In this document: positions 18,833 through 28,265 of the stretch, in pieces
Layout: every line of letters begins with the position of its first letter
Numbering within the stretch: position 1 is the stretch's first letter
IMG/VR virus record: IMGVR_UViG_3300032265_000877
Location: 23,611 to 87,610 of that record
DNA: 64,000 nt
Direction: 5' to 3' (one strand)
DNA from: a virus
The notes under the pieces: generated by a model
Seen by the model: the letters and a program-made list of their open reading frames with translations, nothing else
What the model was told of the DNA's origin: nothing
The model's database searches: none
Translations under genes and position numbers: made by a program

Positions 18833-20347
18833 TTAAGATACAGTTACAGTGGTACCACCGCTGTACTGGCCGATGTTGATGACTACAAATTCAGCTGGAC
18901 GTTGTAGAGCAACACCAACCTGGATATTTACAATTCCGTTATCAATCGATGACTGAGGATTGTTATCAGAATCGCACTTTACAAAGTATGCAGCTTGTGG
19001 GCTAGTGCCTGTCAAGCCCCCTTGAGCCCAGTAACTTGTCAAGAAGGTACTAACGCTTGCGTTAATACGGTTCCATAGACGCTGGTCATTTGGCTCAAAG
19101 ACTGCAAATTGAGTAAGGTCACGAAGAGCTTTCTCAAGGTAGATAAGGCTACGACGCACTGGTACATAGCGATCTACATATCCTGGCTTTAGGGTGCGAG
19201 ATCCAAAGACCACAATCCCTGAACCTGAGATATAGCGGATTGCGTTAACAGGGGCTGCAGATGAGTTAAGAGAGTCAAGGTCAGCCATTGACAGTGACGG
19301 TACAGAGACAACACCTGCAAGGCGGGCTTGTAGTCCTGCTGGGGCTTTGAATACTCCGCGGCTAGCGTCAGTTGCGGCGTATAAACCAACAACTGCTGCT
19401 CCCGCTCCTACAGTCTTTATCGCTCCTGTAGAGGCGCCTACACCAACTGTTGGGTCAGCAATTGTAAGGGATGGGTAGTAGACAGCTGCGTATGAAGTAG
19501 GTGTGTAAGTGGCCGATAGTGTTAGCTGATTAGGGGCTGTGTCATTTACGCCATCAATAACTACAAAAGCATCGTTTGGACGAGTTGTACCAGTTGCATA
19601 TGAGATAGCACCATTGATAGTAGTTGCATCTGTATATCCTGGAATATTGATTACCAAAGACTGACGGATATTATCGTACAGGCTAAGAGCAGATACAATG
19701 CCGGTTCCGGTAACTGCTGATCCGTCTGATCCAGTGCTTAAAGCTGCGTTAGCAACCGATGATGGGTTACGAGTAGCTCCAGTGCCAGCTGCGCCTAAGT
19801 CAGTTGCAACAATCCAGATTGAGTTGTTGTTAATGACGTTAATTGCGTAGCGAGCATCTGTAGCAATCATTGAGATGTCTGTCCACTGTTCAACGATGTT
19901 TCCAGCGCTAGAACCTCCGTAGTAGACCACAAGGTTGAAGTAGCCTGTAGTAGACCCAGCAGTGATGCTGATATTGATGCTGTTACCCCAAGTTCCAGAA
20001 CTAGCTGCGCTGATCTTAAGGGTAGCTGCAGGTGTTCCTTCAGTATCGTTGAAAGAACGGGTAGCTGCTACAGCAGAGGCGCCTGGTACACGAGTGACAT
20101 AGGCTTGCTGTCCACCGTTTGCAAAGTACATGTACAAAGCAAGTGGAAGGTTATTGTTCTGTACAGTGTTCCAAGAGCCAAATAAGTTTACATACTGGCT
20201 CCAAGAAGTAACCAATGTAGGGATCGTTGGGCCACGATCGTTAGCGCCTAGAAAGGCAGCAACGGTGTTAGATGCCGGACCGACTACTGGTTGAATAGGG
20301 TTCAACGTCTCTTGAACGTATACCCCAGGACGTAGGTAGGTTGCCAT
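18833..20347 (-). CDS. Tail sheath protein
   Basis: YLRPGVYVQE, GVFKAPAG, YVPVRR, AVFEPND, RPAEFVVINI. Confidence 0.96.
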   Translation of the reverse strand: MATYLRPGVYVQETLNPIQPVVGPASNTVAAFLGANDRGPTIPTLVTSWSQYVNLFGSWNTVQNNNLPLALYMYFANGGQQAYVTRVPGASAVAATRSFNDTEGTPAATLKISAASSGTWGNSINISITAGSTTGYFNLVVYYGGSSAGNIVEQWTDISMIATDARYAINVINNNSIWIVATDLGAAGTGATRNPSSVANAALSTGSDGSAVTGTGIVSALSLYDNIRQSLVINIPGYTDATTINGAISYATGTTRPNDAFVVIDGVNDTAPNQLTLSATYTPTSYAAVYYPSLTIADPTVGVGASTGAIKTVGAGAAVVGLYAATDASRGVFKAPAGLQARLAGVVSVPSLSMADLDSLNSSAAPVNAIRYISGSGIVVFGSRTLKPGYVDRYVPVRRSLIYLEKALRDLTQFAVFEPNDQRLWNRINASVSTFLTSYWAQGGLTGTSPQAAYFVKCDSDNNPQSSIDNGIVNIQVGVALQRPAEFVVINIGQYSGGTTVTVS

Positions 20348-20371
20348 TAAATTATCTCCTTATTAATTTAC

Positions 20372-21010
20372 TTAGTTAACAGATGATGGAAGAGGTGTTT
20401 TACCGGACGGGATAGACGAAGTAGTAGCGTTGATATCAACATATTGAACGGTTTTAATAGACGCAGCTGCCTGAGGAGACATCTGGCTAATTACTCTGAC
20501 CGTAAATACATTTCTTAAAAGACGACGATTTCCAGTTTCACCTTCAACCGTATCTCTTTTAACAAATCCATCAAGTATCATTGTGCGGCTGCTGCTCTCT
20601 GTACCTAACTGGTTAGGCACAATAAGAAAGCCATACTTTGATGGAAATTTATTTAGTAGTTGATACATAAGCGCTCGATCATGACGTGGATTACGTGCAT
20701 ACGAGGTGATCTGATAAACAAGATCATAAGCTATTGGAATTAAATAATCATAAACAAGCCCATTTACTGGGGCGATCGTTCCTTGATAGTCTGTATCAAC
20801 TAGGTACCCATAAGTTTGACGGTCATTGCCGGGTAAAATATCGATAAGGTCGATAGTGATGTATGGAAACGCTTGATCACGAATTTCAACGTCTGGAAAC
20901 CCAAACCAGGTCTTTACAGCGCGGTTAGCATTAACATCGTCTGAAACTTTTATACCATTTAGTAAAGTTTTAAGCGCTAAGTCTTCAGCAATAATAAACG
21001 GATTGCCCAT
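20372..21010 (-). CDS. Tail completion / sheath terminator protein
   Basis: FPYITIDL, DLVYQITSYAR; immediately upstream of sheath. Confidence 0.65.
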   Translation of the reverse strand: MGNPFIIAEDLALKTLLNGIKVSDDVNANRAVKTWFGFPDVEIRDQAFPYITIDLIDILPGNDRQTYGYLVDTDYQGTIAPVNGLVYDYLIPIAYDLVYQITSYARNPRHDRALMYQLLNKFPSKYGFLIVPNQLGTESSSRTMILDGFVKRDTVEGETGNRRLLRNVFTVRVISQMSPQAAASIKTVQYVDINATTSSIPSGKTPLPSSVN

Positions 21011-21348
21011 TAAATGATCCCCAACCCTTTAAAAAGATTTGTAAGAGCTATTTTTTCTAAGACCGGCTCAATTAAATTATGAGCTCGTGCTTTAAATGGG
21101 CGTATAACTGCATTAGGAATGCCTCCAGAGGTTCCGTACTCTAAGTCTTCAATTTCAGTAGCGTACTCTGACGGATAACTTACATACACCTCATAATCAG
21201 CGCCAACCTCTATAGACATCTTTGAGGTAAGCCCCTTTGGCCAACCAGAAGAGTCAGCTAAAGAGTTAAGAAGGATAGTAAGTTTAGGGATAAGTTCTAC
21301 TGCGGCTTTATTTGCGGCCTGGGTAATATCAGCGCTTTTTAATGACAC
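21010..21348 (-). CDS. Neck/tail completion protein (HK97 gp10-like)
   Basis: LEYGT..P..VIRP motif. Confidence 0.6.
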   Translation of the reverse strand: MSLKSADITQAANKAAVELIPKLTILLNSLADSSGWPKGLTSKMSIEVGADYEVYVSYPSEYATEIEDLEYGTSGGIPNAVIRPFKARAHNLIEPVLEKIALTNLFKGLGII

Positions 21349-21481
21349 GCTTCACCACTTTGCCTACTAAGTATGTTGCTACTACTCCTGTGAGTATATG
21401 CGGTTTACCTGCCTCAGGGATGTTCTGAACAATAGCTTGAGCAAACTCGATATCCGAGGGCTTATCTATGTTGTTAGGCAC
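21329..21481 (-). CDS. Small hypothetical protein (50 aa)
   Basis: GTG start with AGGAGA RBS; MPNNIDKPSDIEFAQAIVQNIPEAGKPHILTGVVATYLVGKVVKRVIKKR. Confidence 0.6.
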   Translation of the reverse strand: MPNNIDKPSDIEFAQAIVQNIPEAGKPHILTGVVATYLVGKVVKRVIKKR

Positions 21482-21563
21482 GGCAAATCTCCTTAAGGAG
21501 GCAAGATACTTCGCAAGGGTGGTGCTTAATTATCCGCACGGATAATTAATATAAGGATAAAGC

Positions 21564-21585
21564 AAAAAGCGCCCTTGCGGGCGCT
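21564..21585 (-). terminator. Intrinsic terminator
   Basis: AGCGCCC-GCAA-GGGCGCT hairpin followed by T-run on minus strand. Confidence 0.75.
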
Positions 21586-21591
21586 AATCGC

Positions 21592-21846
21592 TTACTTACT
21601 CTTCTTTACTTTTTTGGCTAGAGCCTTGTCCATCTTCATATCGGCTTTAGCAGATGGGTTCTTCTTATCCATCTTTTTATCCGCCTTCTCAAAGGCCGCC
21701 TTCTGCTTAGGGCTCATACCCTTTTCAATCTTAGCGTCAGACTTCTTATCAGCCTTCATACGTGCTGACTTACAGGTAGCACAGGTGCACTTGCAACCTG
21801 CTGCTGGCTTGCCAGCCTTACATCCACAGCCACACTTAGCGCACAT
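21592..21846 (-). CDS. Cys-rich (metallothionein-like) Lys-rich small protein
   Basis: MCAKCGCGC..GCKCTCATC then K/D-rich tail. Confidence 0.75.
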   Translation of the reverse strand: MCAKCGCGCKAGKPAAGCKCTCATCKSARMKADKKSDAKIEKGMSPKQKAAFEKADKKMDKKNPSAKADMKMDKALAKKVKKSK

Positions 21847-22005
21847 TTACTTACCCTTCTTCTTAAGAGCCTTGAAGTCAGCTCCGGTGATCTTATCTTT
21901 TGGGGCAGCAGCTGAAGCAATCTTCTTCTGCTTAGGGGACATGCTCTTTCCTTTGCCGTATCCGGCTTCACCCTTTTTCTTCTTGCATCCACAAGTCATG
22001 CACAT
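21847..22005 (-). CDS. Lys-rich small protein (52 aa)
   Basis: MCMTCGCKKKK..MSPKQKKIA..KITGADFKALKKKGK; ATG 1 nt after upstream stop. Confidence 0.7.
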   Translation of the reverse strand: MCMTCGCKKKKGEAGYGKGKSMSPKQKKIASAAAPKDKITGADFKALKKKGK

Positions 22006-22006
22006 A

Positions 22007-22177
22007 TTACTTACCTTTTTTCTTACGGGCGGCTGCGAGGTTGTCAACCGCATTTGGGTATGGGCGACCAGCGGCTTTGGCTTTAGCACGGGCTGAGGCC
22101 TTCTGGCTCTTGCTTAGTTTACTATGCTTACCCCCGTCAGGGTCCTTCTTATCCCAAAGAGGTTTTTCTTTAGCCAT
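22007..22177 (-). CDS. Basic small protein (56 aa)
   Basis: MAKEKPLWDKKDPDGGKHSKLSKSQKASARAKAKAAGRPYPNAVDNLAAARKKKGK; TAATG overlap. Confidence 0.72.
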   Translation of the reverse strand: MAKEKPLWDKKDPDGGKHSKLSKSQKASARAKAKAAGRPYPNAVDNLAAARKKKGK

Positions 22178-22278
22178 TATTTATCTTTCTTTGCTTGCTT
22201 TGCAGCGCGCTTCTCTTTAAGAGTCATCTTTGGCTCTTTCTTCTGATTTGTATTGCCTTTTTGCTCTTTATTCGCCAT
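22177..22278 (-). CDS. Basic micro-protein (33 aa)
   Basis: MANKEQKGNTNQKKEPKMTLKEKRAAKQAKKDK; AAGGA RBS. Confidence 0.65.
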   Translation of the reverse strand: MANKEQKGNTNQKKEPKMTLKEKRAAKQAKKDK

Positions 22279-22289
22279 ATTTTTATCCT

Positions 22290-22376
22290 TTACTTCTTAA
22301 TTACAATCTTGGTTGACTTCTTAGGTGTTGCCTTAATAGAGATGCTCTCACCTTTTTTAGTCACGCGGATGCTCAT
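22290..22376 (-). CDS. Basic micro-protein (28 aa)
   Basis: MSIRVTKKGESISIKATPKKSTKIVIKK; ATGA overlap. Confidence 0.55.
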   Translation of the reverse strand: MSIRVTKKGESISIKATPKKSTKIVIKK

Positions 22377-22681
22377 GCAGTAGTAACCATCAAAGTAGCT
22401 ACTTTAGGTGTGCCAGATGCGGCAATTGCATAGACTTTCTCTGATGGGCTAAGGCTATCAAGGGTGATAGATGCGCCAGCAGCAAGTGCTACGCCATAAG
22501 AGGTAGAAGTAACGTTAGATGCGCCTATGTAGACAACAATAGATGCGTCTGTGTTCTGAATAGATACGCTTCCATACTGCCAAACATTACGAACCTCTGG
22601 GCCAACAGTAACCTCAGGATCATTATTAAGTAGGGTTGCGGTTGAGGCGTTAAGAGTAAAAACCGAGTGTGTGAGTGCCAT
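22373..22681 (-). CDS. Small beta-rich putative virion protein
   Basis: SIQNTD..VYIG..VTST.YG..L..G.SI jelly-roll-like pattern; AGGAG RBS. Confidence 0.65.
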   Translation of the reverse strand: MALTHSVFTLNASTATLLNNDPEVTVGPEVRNVWQYGSVSIQNTDASIVVYIGASNVTSTSYGVALAAGASITLDSLSPSEKVYAIAASGTPKVATLMVTTA

Positions 22682-22689
22682 GTGGCTCC

Positions 22690-23214
22690 TTAGTTAGCGT
22701 AGCTAGCAAATTGAACGTCGTTCTGCATCTCTTCTGGCATGACCTGAACTAGGTCAACAGTTAGAAGGATGAAGTCCTCACTAATAATACCTTCTTGTTG
22801 GGACTTATAGGGGCGGAATACTTCGCCTTTCCAGACAACACGGTCGCGATCGCGGGAGTCTGGGTTTGCCATAGTTCCTGGAGCCACTTTTTCAATATCT
22901 AACGCATTAAGGGTTAGGTGGAGGTAGTCAGCGTTATAGAAACCCTGCTGGCTAATCTTGGTATCGCCTTGCTTGATAATGGCCCGAATGACCTGAATCT
23001 GATAAGGTCCCGTCCACATTTTGCCGCCTGATCCATTGTAGTAAGAGTCGCCCACATCATAGATAGGGTCTACTGCGGTAGCGGTTGGGTTATAAAGCCA
23101 CCATTGAGCGTGGGTACCTACAGGGTTAGTAAGGTCATTAGTAATACCTGTAGATATAGATCCGCGCTCAAAATCCGAATTAAACCTGCCGCCAGGGGTA
23201 TACGCTCTACTCAT
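22690..23214 (-). CDS. Putative head-closure/neck protein
   Basis: DPIYD, RDRVVWKGEVF; position between head and tail genes. Confidence 0.55.
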   Translation of the reverse strand: MSRAYTPGGRFNSDFERGSISTGITNDLTNPVGTHAQWWLYNPTATAVDPIYDVGDSYYNGSGGKMWTGPYQIQVIRAIIKQGDTKISQQGFYNADYLHLTLNALDIEKVAPGTMANPDSRDRDRVVWKGEVFRPYKSQQEGIISEDFILLTVDLVQVMPEEMQNDVQFASYAN

Positions 23215-23308
23215 AGTATCTACCTTAGTTGGTTGTCACGGCGTTTGAGGCGCCAGAATAAGATGAAGTTCCCTCTTCACTAGCATGCCGAATACTCATT
23301 ACGACACC

Positions 23309-23698
23309 TTACTGTTGAGGTAGTTCTACTACCTGCCAATTTAGATCTGCTTCTACCCATCGGTATATTTTGCCATCTGTGGGCATTGGTGTAGGTGCTT
23401 CCCATGTAAAGTTAGTCGTGTTCAATTTCCAAGAAGGATACATGCATGGGTAGTAAAAAACATCGTACTGCTCATCGTAGTAAAACCCTATACCAGCGTA
23501 GGTATGTCTAAAAGGAGTTCCACCTTCACGAGTACTTATTCCATTTAGTGTGTTGTAAGAAGTACGCTTGCAAACTTGTCCACGAAAATTTTCATACCAA
23601 GTTTCAGGATCTAAACCTTCAATAAGTTCAGTTTCATCTTTCCCAACGATTACCTCTGTAACGAGGTTGTTTTCATCAAGGAATGCGTAATGAGCCAT
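23309..23698 (-). CDS. Fibre-associated small protein (MAH[YF]A.LDENN family, copy 1)
   Basis: Paralogue of 32588..33025; follows a Gly-rich protein. Confidence 0.75.
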   Translation of the reverse strand: MAHYAFLDENNLVTEVIVGKDETELIEGLDPETWYENFRGQVCKRTSYNTLNGISTREGGTPFRHTYAGIGFYYDEQYDVFYYPCMYPSWKLNTTNFTWEAPTPMPTDGKIYRWVEADLNWQVVELPQQ

Positions 23699-25185
23699 TA
23701 GATAGTCACCGTACCTGTTCCAGCAGTGAATGTGTAGACCTTATTGCCTCCAGTATTGACTGGCCCCGAATAAGTTAGACCACCGCTAATAGATGTAATG
23801 TTAGAGTAAGTGTTTGGGTAAGAGAGAATGACTACTCCAGAACCTCCATTAGAACCTGCTATGTTTCTAAATGGTCCACTGTAGTAATATGAAAAGGCGC
23901 CCCCGCCACCTCCGCCCAAGTTTGTTCCTCCAGCAGTACCGCTGCCTGTAGCGTTTGATCCTCCTGTACCACCTCCACCAGATCCACCAGATCCACCAGT
24001 ACCAGTACCACTAGAACCAGTAGTATTGCCACCGCCACCTCCGCCACCTGCATACGTTACAGAAGAGCCTGAGATACTGGAACTTGAACCATTTCCACCG
24101 CTTCCTGCTGTGTACGTAGTAGTAGTAGTAGCATTGCCACCTACAGCACCTGCACCTCCTCCACCGCCGCCGCCTAAGTAACCTGCACCGCCATTGTTTC
24201 CTTGTCCCGAAGTTCCCGTACCAACAGAAGTGCCATTGTTAGAAGAACCACCTCCAGAACCTCCGCTAAGACCGTAGTTTGTATGAAAAGTATTAGAGTT
24301 TCCATCAGTACCGCCACCGCCGCCGCCACCCGTTGAGGTAATAGATGAGAAGACGCTGTTAGATCCTACAACACCTCGAACTTGCTCATATGGATCACCA
24401 TTTGCCGAGATTCCTCCAGCACCACCAGCACCGACAGTCAGAGTCAAAGGAGTACCGGCAGTCACTGAAAAACTTGAACCCGTTCTCATGCCACCAGCAC
24501 CGCCACCAGCACCAGCAGAAGTGTAGTCCGCTATGTTTCCGCCACCGCCGCCACCGCCAGCAACTACAAGATAAGTAACTGGTACAGTAAAGGAAGATGT
24601 GACGGAGTTGCTTGCACTTGAAGCAACAGAAGTTCCCTGTGCATTAGTAGCAGTGACTGTATACGTGTAAGTACCAGCAACAGTTTCGTTAATTGTGATT
24701 GGGCTTGATGTGCCTGTGGCAGTTACAGTAGATGAAGATGTGACTAGGTAACTAGTGATTGTTGATCCACCAGTACCGTTAGCAGTAAATGATACAGAAA
24801 CAACTCCGCTAGTACCTCCAGAGGCTGTACCAATAGTAGGAGCCTGTGGAATTGTTGTTGCTGTAATTGAGTTAGAAGCAGATGATGCAGGAGAAGTTCC
24901 GCGCGAGTTTGCTGCTGTAACTGTAAAGGTGTAAGCAGTGTTGCTTTGAAGACCTGCAACAGTTACTGGGCTAGATGAACCTGTTCCTGTGTAACCGCCA
25001 GGGCTAGAAGTTACTGTAAATGAAGTTGCAACCGCACCTTTTGAAGCAGGGGTAAATGTAACGGTGGCAGCACCATTATTGTAAGCGCGAGAAGTGCCTA
25101 CGTTAGTAGCGGTACCAATGGTTGGGGTATTAGGTGCTACGTTCCCCGAAACCTGTGATGTTAAGATTCCTAGGTTTGGCGCCAT
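23698..25185 (-). CDS. FN3-repeat + glycine-rich adhesin-like protein
   Basis: Two FN3 repeats (PTIGTAT..YTFTVTA.N) then YLVVAGGGGG..GGSGVVILSY Gly-rich domain. Confidence 0.8.
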   Translation of the reverse strand: MAPNLGILTSQVSGNVAPNTPTIGTATNVGTSRAYNNGAATVTFTPASKGAVATSFTVTSSPGGYTGTGSSSPVTVAGLQSNTAYTFTVTAANSRGTSPASSASNSITATTIPQAPTIGTASGGTSGVVSVSFTANGTGGSTITSYLVTSSSTVTATGTSSPITINETVAGTYTYTVTATNAQGTSVASSASNSVTSSFTVPVTYLVVAGGGGGGGNIADYTSAGAGGGAGGMRTGSSFSVTAGTPLTLTVGAGGAGGISANGDPYEQVRGVVGSNSVFSSITSTGGGGGGGTDGNSNTFHTNYGLSGGSGGGSSNNGTSVGTGTSGQGNNGGAGYLGGGGGGGAGAVGGNATTTTTYTAGSGGNGSSSSISGSSVTYAGGGGGGGNTTGSSGTGTGGSGGSGGGGTGGSNATGSGTAGGTNLGGGGGGAFSYYYSGPFRNIAGSNGGSGVVILSYPNTYSNITSISGGLTYSGPVNTGGNKVYTFTAGTGTVTI

Positions 25186-25664
25186 TATGCAACGTCACCT
25201 AAAATCGTAAATGTGTTAGAGCCTGTGCAAATAACTGTTGCTGCAGAGTACTGGGCGCGAAGCTTAGGGGCTGCAGTTGTTGCACCTGTTGAGGTGATTG
25301 TGACACCAGATCCCGCAGCAAAGGTAACCTGACCGGCGCCGATCTGTTGGATATCAATAGTCTGTCCTGCGCTGAATACTGAAGGCGGAACTGTTACTGT
25401 AATCGCGCTTGCATTAGATGCTGTAACAAATGTACGAGCGGCATCAGAGAGGGCAAGTGTGTAAGAGGTGCCTGTTTGAGCGTTAAAAGAGTTATAGTTA
25501 TACTGCCAGGCAACGCCGTTAGAAGCGCCTGAGCTAGCTACTAATGTTTGACCATTAGTTCCCACAGATACAGTGGTGGGGGTCTGCGCAGCAGAGGCGG
25601 CAATGAGGTCGCCTTTAGCGGTAAGGGCATCAATTAAGGCTGCCTCGGAACGAGCTGATGTCAT
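25185..25664 (-). CDS. Fibre adaptor protein (TAKGDL repeat + KLRAQ C-terminal domain)
   Basis: C-terminus homologous to C-terminus of 35499..38585. Confidence 0.7.
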   Translation of the reverse strand: MTSARSEAALIDALTAKGDLIAASAAQTPTTVSVGTNGQTLVASSGASNGVAWQYNYNSFNAQTGTSYTLALSDAARTFVTASNASAITVTVPPSVFSAGQTIDIQQIGAGQVTFAAGSGVTITSTGATTAAPKLRAQYSAATVICTGSNTFTILGDVA

Positions 25665-25677
25665 TTACTTACCTCCA

Positions 25678-25904
25678 CTAGAAGATGTCTCCAAAGACAT
25701 ACCAGGTGTCTGTTGCTATCTTTAAACAAGTAGCTGTTGAGTACTGGGCGCGTAGTTTAGGCGCGCTTGCAGTAGCTGCAGTTGAAGCTACAGTTGTGGT
25801 ACCAGATGTGACCGCCTGAATGGTTGTCTGTCCAGTTCCCGCTTGGATAATAGTAATGGAAGAACCCACAGGAAATCCCGCTGAACTGTTTGTGGGAATT
25901 GAGG
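25678..25904 (-). pseudogene. 5'-truncated remnant of a KLRAQ fibre C-terminal domain
   Basis: SIPTNSSAGFPVGSSITIIQ..APKLRAQYS..GDIF aligns with the end of 35499..38585; homology extends upstream of the only start (GTG 25869) and stops at the FkbM 3' end. Confidence 0.6.
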
Positions 25905-25915
25905 GAGTTAGACTC

Positions 25916-26635
25916 TTACCGAACCCAAATCATTCCCACATCTGCCGATGAGCGCAGTCCCGCACCTTTCCAACCACCATTTTCCCACGCAGGCGCGGTC
26001 TCTTCAATCCACTTAGGCAGCTCTCTAGCAGTAGTAATTGGGCGATATTCTGTAGGTTCATCGAGATGGTGTTCAATATATTGGAGCGCAAACTCTGTAT
26101 AGCCATTGACCATACTCAAGCGCTCCAGCTGCTTAATGTGCTTTGGCACATCCTCTAGCGTCCACTCAAAGCAAAGCTTAGGGGCTTTACCTGTGTAGCC
26201 TGCAAAGACTAGATCTTCTCCACCCTCAACATCGATCTTGATTAGCTCAGGGGTTCCATACTCGTAGATAAGGTCGTCAAGCTTTACTGTGGTTGCCTTG
26301 ATGATTTCGTACTCTTTGCCTTTATATCTGTACAGATCTCCAGTAAGCCACTCCTCATTAAGAGTAGATAACCCATCTTCAACGCACTCATAGAAGTCCA
26401 CAACATCCCCAGTAGTGCTGGAAGCTGCCAAGCGATATGGGATTACTCTAGGGTCATCTTTATAGTTAAAGACTAGTTGATAAAATACTTTAGGCGCTGG
26501 CTCTAGCGCGATTACATTAGTAAAGCCCTTAAGGAAAAGAGCCGCCCAAGTTGCTTCGCCTTTGTTAGCACCGATGTCAAAGAAGACCCGACTGCTTATC
26601 TCTACTGGTTTATGATGAACTGCGTGCGGGATCAT
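25916..26635 (-). CDS. FkbM-family SAM-dependent methyltransferase
   Basis: FFDIGANKG, ALEPAP, LDDL, LIKIDVEGGE. Confidence 0.9.
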   Translation of the reverse strand: MIPHAVHHKPVEISSRVFFDIGANKGEATWAALFLKGFTNVIALEPAPKVFYQLVFNYKDDPRVIPYRLAASSTTGDVVDFYECVEDGLSTLNEEWLTGDLYRYKGKEYEIIKATTVKLDDLIYEYGTPELIKIDVEGGEDLVFAGYTGKAPKLCFEWTLEDVPKHIKQLERLSMVNGYTEFALQYIEHHLDEPTEYRPITTARELPKWIEETAPAWENGGWKGAGLRSSADVGMIWVR

Positions 26636-26644
26636 AGGTTCTCC

Positions 26645-27202
26645 TTATACGTGCTTGAGGTTGCTCTTGATGCCTTTTCTATAGGCCTCAGAGATAGGAT
26701 AGTTTTCTAATAGATCAGTAAAGAGTTCTTTGCTCTCATCTTTGCGTCCAAGCCACCAACCGCTTACGGCCTTCTCAAAGAGCAGGGCGTACTCTCCAGG
26801 ATACTCAACATCTACAGGTAGAGATTCTTGGCGACCAACGTGGGTAAGGCCAATTTCTGCAAAGGTATAGGCCTCTTGCCAATTACCCATGCGCTCGTTG
26901 TAGCGCGAAAGGTAGAAGTAACCCTCAGGTCGGTTAGGCATATAAGAGATGGCTTGAAGAATACAAGTTACACTGCTATGACCGCGCCCCTGTTGTTTAT
27001 CAAAGCAAAGGGCAATTCTTAACAAAGATGTGTAGACAATGTTTTGATGAGTCTCGTGCCCATACTCAGCCGCACGTAGGTAAAAAGAAACCGCCGAGGC
27101 CGTCTGATCTATCTTTAGATACTCTTCCCCAATCCAGAAGTTTGTGTTGGGATCAAATGGTTGAAAAGAAGCCTTCTCAATTAAGTCCTTAATAGAGTTC
27201 AC
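26645..27202 (-). CDS. TPR-repeat protein
   Basis: Helical repeats (AVSFYLRAAE; QAISYMPNRPEGYFYLS); start set at GTG 27202. Confidence 0.75.
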   Translation of the reverse strand: MNSIKDLIEKASFQPFDPNTNFWIGEEYLKIDQTASAVSFYLRAAEYGHETHQNIVYTSLLRIALCFDKQQGRGHSSVTCILQAISYMPNRPEGYFYLSRYNERMGNWQEAYTFAEIGLTHVGRQESLPVDVEYPGEYALLFEKAVSGWWLGRKDESKELFTDLLENYPISEAYRKGIKSNLKHV

Positions 27203-28196
27203 TGTTCTCTGCCTCCTCAATCATCTCTTCTACAACGGTCTCTGGCACGCGCAAAACAAAGGCGCAGTTATCTTGGAAGCCAAAGGAGATTAGTAGATCT
27301 TTGCCTAATACAGCCAATCCAGCAGCAAACTCAATACGCGCATCTAAGAAGGAGAACTCCTCTGGAGATACGCCGATGATATTAAGGTCTTTATCCCAGA
27401 CAATAAGGCGGTGGCGGTAGAAACCGTCTTTCTGATTAAGATAGTTTTTGAATAGCCCTACCTCATGGGTTACTGATAGGTAGACATCCCCATAGGGAAC
27501 TAGGTGGGATCCGCCACGCTGATCAGATAGCGGTATTCTATTGTACTTTTGAATAACGGCCTCAGACTTAGGCTTAGTTGGATCTGCCTTTACAATCTCA
27601 GTTGGGCTAGTCCACTTAACAAAATGATAAGGCCTATCTAAGATTGGGTACCAGTTCTTCTCACAGTAGGTATCGTCTTTGCCTGGAGCAGGGATGCGAA
27701 CGCGCTTAACCTCTTTAGCGCTCCACTTCTTCTTATCAATCTTTAGCTTGGAGTACTCCATACGGCCTTCGCCGTTCTCCTTAGTATCGCGGCGAACACC
27801 GATAGCGTAGTAGTCACCGTCCCACTGGACTAGGCGCGCATCCTCTTGACCTACAAACTCCCAGACCGCGGGAACGTCTAAATCAGAGGTATCTATGCGG
27901 CAGTAGTCCGTGACATTGAGGTCTTTATCTAGGCGGCATAGGTAGTTAATTGTTACTAAGCGCTGGTCTTTCTCTGGGTGCAAATAGGAGAGCGGCCCCC
28001 AATTAGAAGGAAACTTCTGCATATGCTCAGAGTGGTAGAGGGTGTAGTTTACGTGGCGCAGGATGCAGAGGATATCGCCGTCATCATCTATAAAGATAGA
28101 TGGGTTCATCAACCCGGTGCCCTCAGTCAAACCTTTTTCAATAATAAGTGGGGCTAATTTGCCGCCTTTTTGTACCGAACGTTGCACCAAATTCAT
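27189..28196 (-). CDS. GH130/GH43-like five-bladed beta-propeller glycosidase/phosphorylase
   Basis: MNPSI, GQEDARL, CEKNW.P, RGGS, IEFAAGL..ISFG..D motifs; start set at ATG 28196. Confidence 0.78.
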   Translation of the reverse strand: MNLVQRSVQKGGKLAPLIIEKGLTEGTGLMNPSIFIDDDGDILCILRHVNYTLYHSEHMQKFPSNWGPLSYLHPEKDQRLVTINYLCRLDKDLNVTDYCRIDTSDLDVPAVWEFVGQEDARLVQWDGDYYAIGVRRDTKENGEGRMEYSKLKIDKKKWSAKEVKRVRIPAPGKDDTYCEKNWYPILDRPYHFVKWTSPTEIVKADPTKPKSEAVIQKYNRIPLSDQRGGSHLVPYGDVYLSVTHEVGLFKNYLNQKDGFYRHRLIVWDKDLNIIGVSPEEFSFLDARIEFAAGLAVLGKDLLISFGFQDNCAFVLRVPETVVEEMIEEAENSELY

Positions 28197-28265
28197 ACCT
28201 GAAGTGTACAACACTGACGTGTACATACCGGGCGTAACTACGCATAGCTCTGCTATTATTACACT

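Noticed and set aside
9250-20347. Bacterial extracellular contractile injection system or tailocin
   Set aside because: Capsid, portal, terminase and replication genes are present, so this is a phage
21575-22096. 173-aa hydrophobic plus-strand ORF
   Set aside because: Antisense mirror of Lys-rich genes (AAG/AAA read as Leu/Phe)
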